Assembly: GCF_030028105.1 (NCBI RefSeq)
Contig: NC_092391.1
Coordinates: forward strand, 27,253,223-27,317,222
Direction of reading: 5' to 3'
Source of the DNA: Mobula birostris
Lineage: Eukaryota
Length of the DNA: 64,000 nt
Part shown: in pieces, positions 63,655 through 64,000 of the stretch
Layout of the letters: each line of letters opens with the position of its first letter
How positions within the stretch are numbered: position 1 is the first letter of the stretch
Made by a program: the position numbers and the translations under genes
Notes under the pieces: generated by a model
Database searches by the model: none
What the model was told of the DNA's origin: nothing
Seen by the model: only the letters and a program-made list of their open reading frames with translations

Positions 63655-64000
63655 TAATGACAAAATGCTGGAGAGACTCAGTAAGTTAGGCAGTGTCTGG
63701 TGGAGAAGTTGATCTTTTGGGTCAAAACCCTTCAGGACTATGGGGGGGGGGGAGGAATGCAAGCTAGCAGGTTATAGGTGAAAGGTAAGGGATGAAGAAA
63801 GAATCTTAATACGAGAGGACTGAACCATGGAAGAAAGGGAAAGAGTTGAACCAGAGGGAGGGGGTGGTGATGGGGAACAGAGGGTAGCCAGAGTAGTGGA
63901 AAGTGAGCAGGAGCAATTTTAAAAAGTTGGAGAAAACAATGTTCATGGCTGCAGGTTTGAGGGTACACAGCCAGATTGGGGGGGGGGGGGTTACTCATCC
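63655..64000 (-). mobile_element. Degenerate Penelope-derived fragment
   Basis: CAAAATGCTGGAG..ACTCAG...GGCAG end and purine-rich body resembling 20023-20460. Confidence 0.55.

Overview
This is vertebrate genomic DNA, most likely a cartilaginous fish (inferred from the CR1/Penelope/V-SINE repeat landscape), covering part of the Surfeit locus. Four spliced genes can be rebuilt by hand from GT-AG sites and frame continuity. They are the last two exons of PIERCE1/C9orf116 (+), MED22/SURF5 (-, with both a 140-aa and a 210-aa isoform), DNLZ (-, 173 aa) and RPL7A/SURF3 (+, 8 exons, 266 aa). RPL7A hosts SNORD24 and three dual-guide SNORD36 copies. Most other sequence is transposon-derived (CR1, Rex1/Babar, L1/Tx1-type, Nimb/I-like, Penelope, Tc1/mariner, hAT MITEs, SINEs), plus a 5.3-kb minisatellite in DNLZ intron 2. 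The most interesting signals are candidate self-cleaving RNAs inside mobile elements. One is an HDV-like ribozyme fold with an unusual hairpin-expanded L3 at the 5' end of a ~550-bp non-coding retroposon. The others are two families of minimal hammerhead motifs in Penelope-related repeats. DNLZ also sits between MED22 and RPL7A, which are head-to-head in mammals. Gene names rest on recalled protein or RNA similarity; no search was run.
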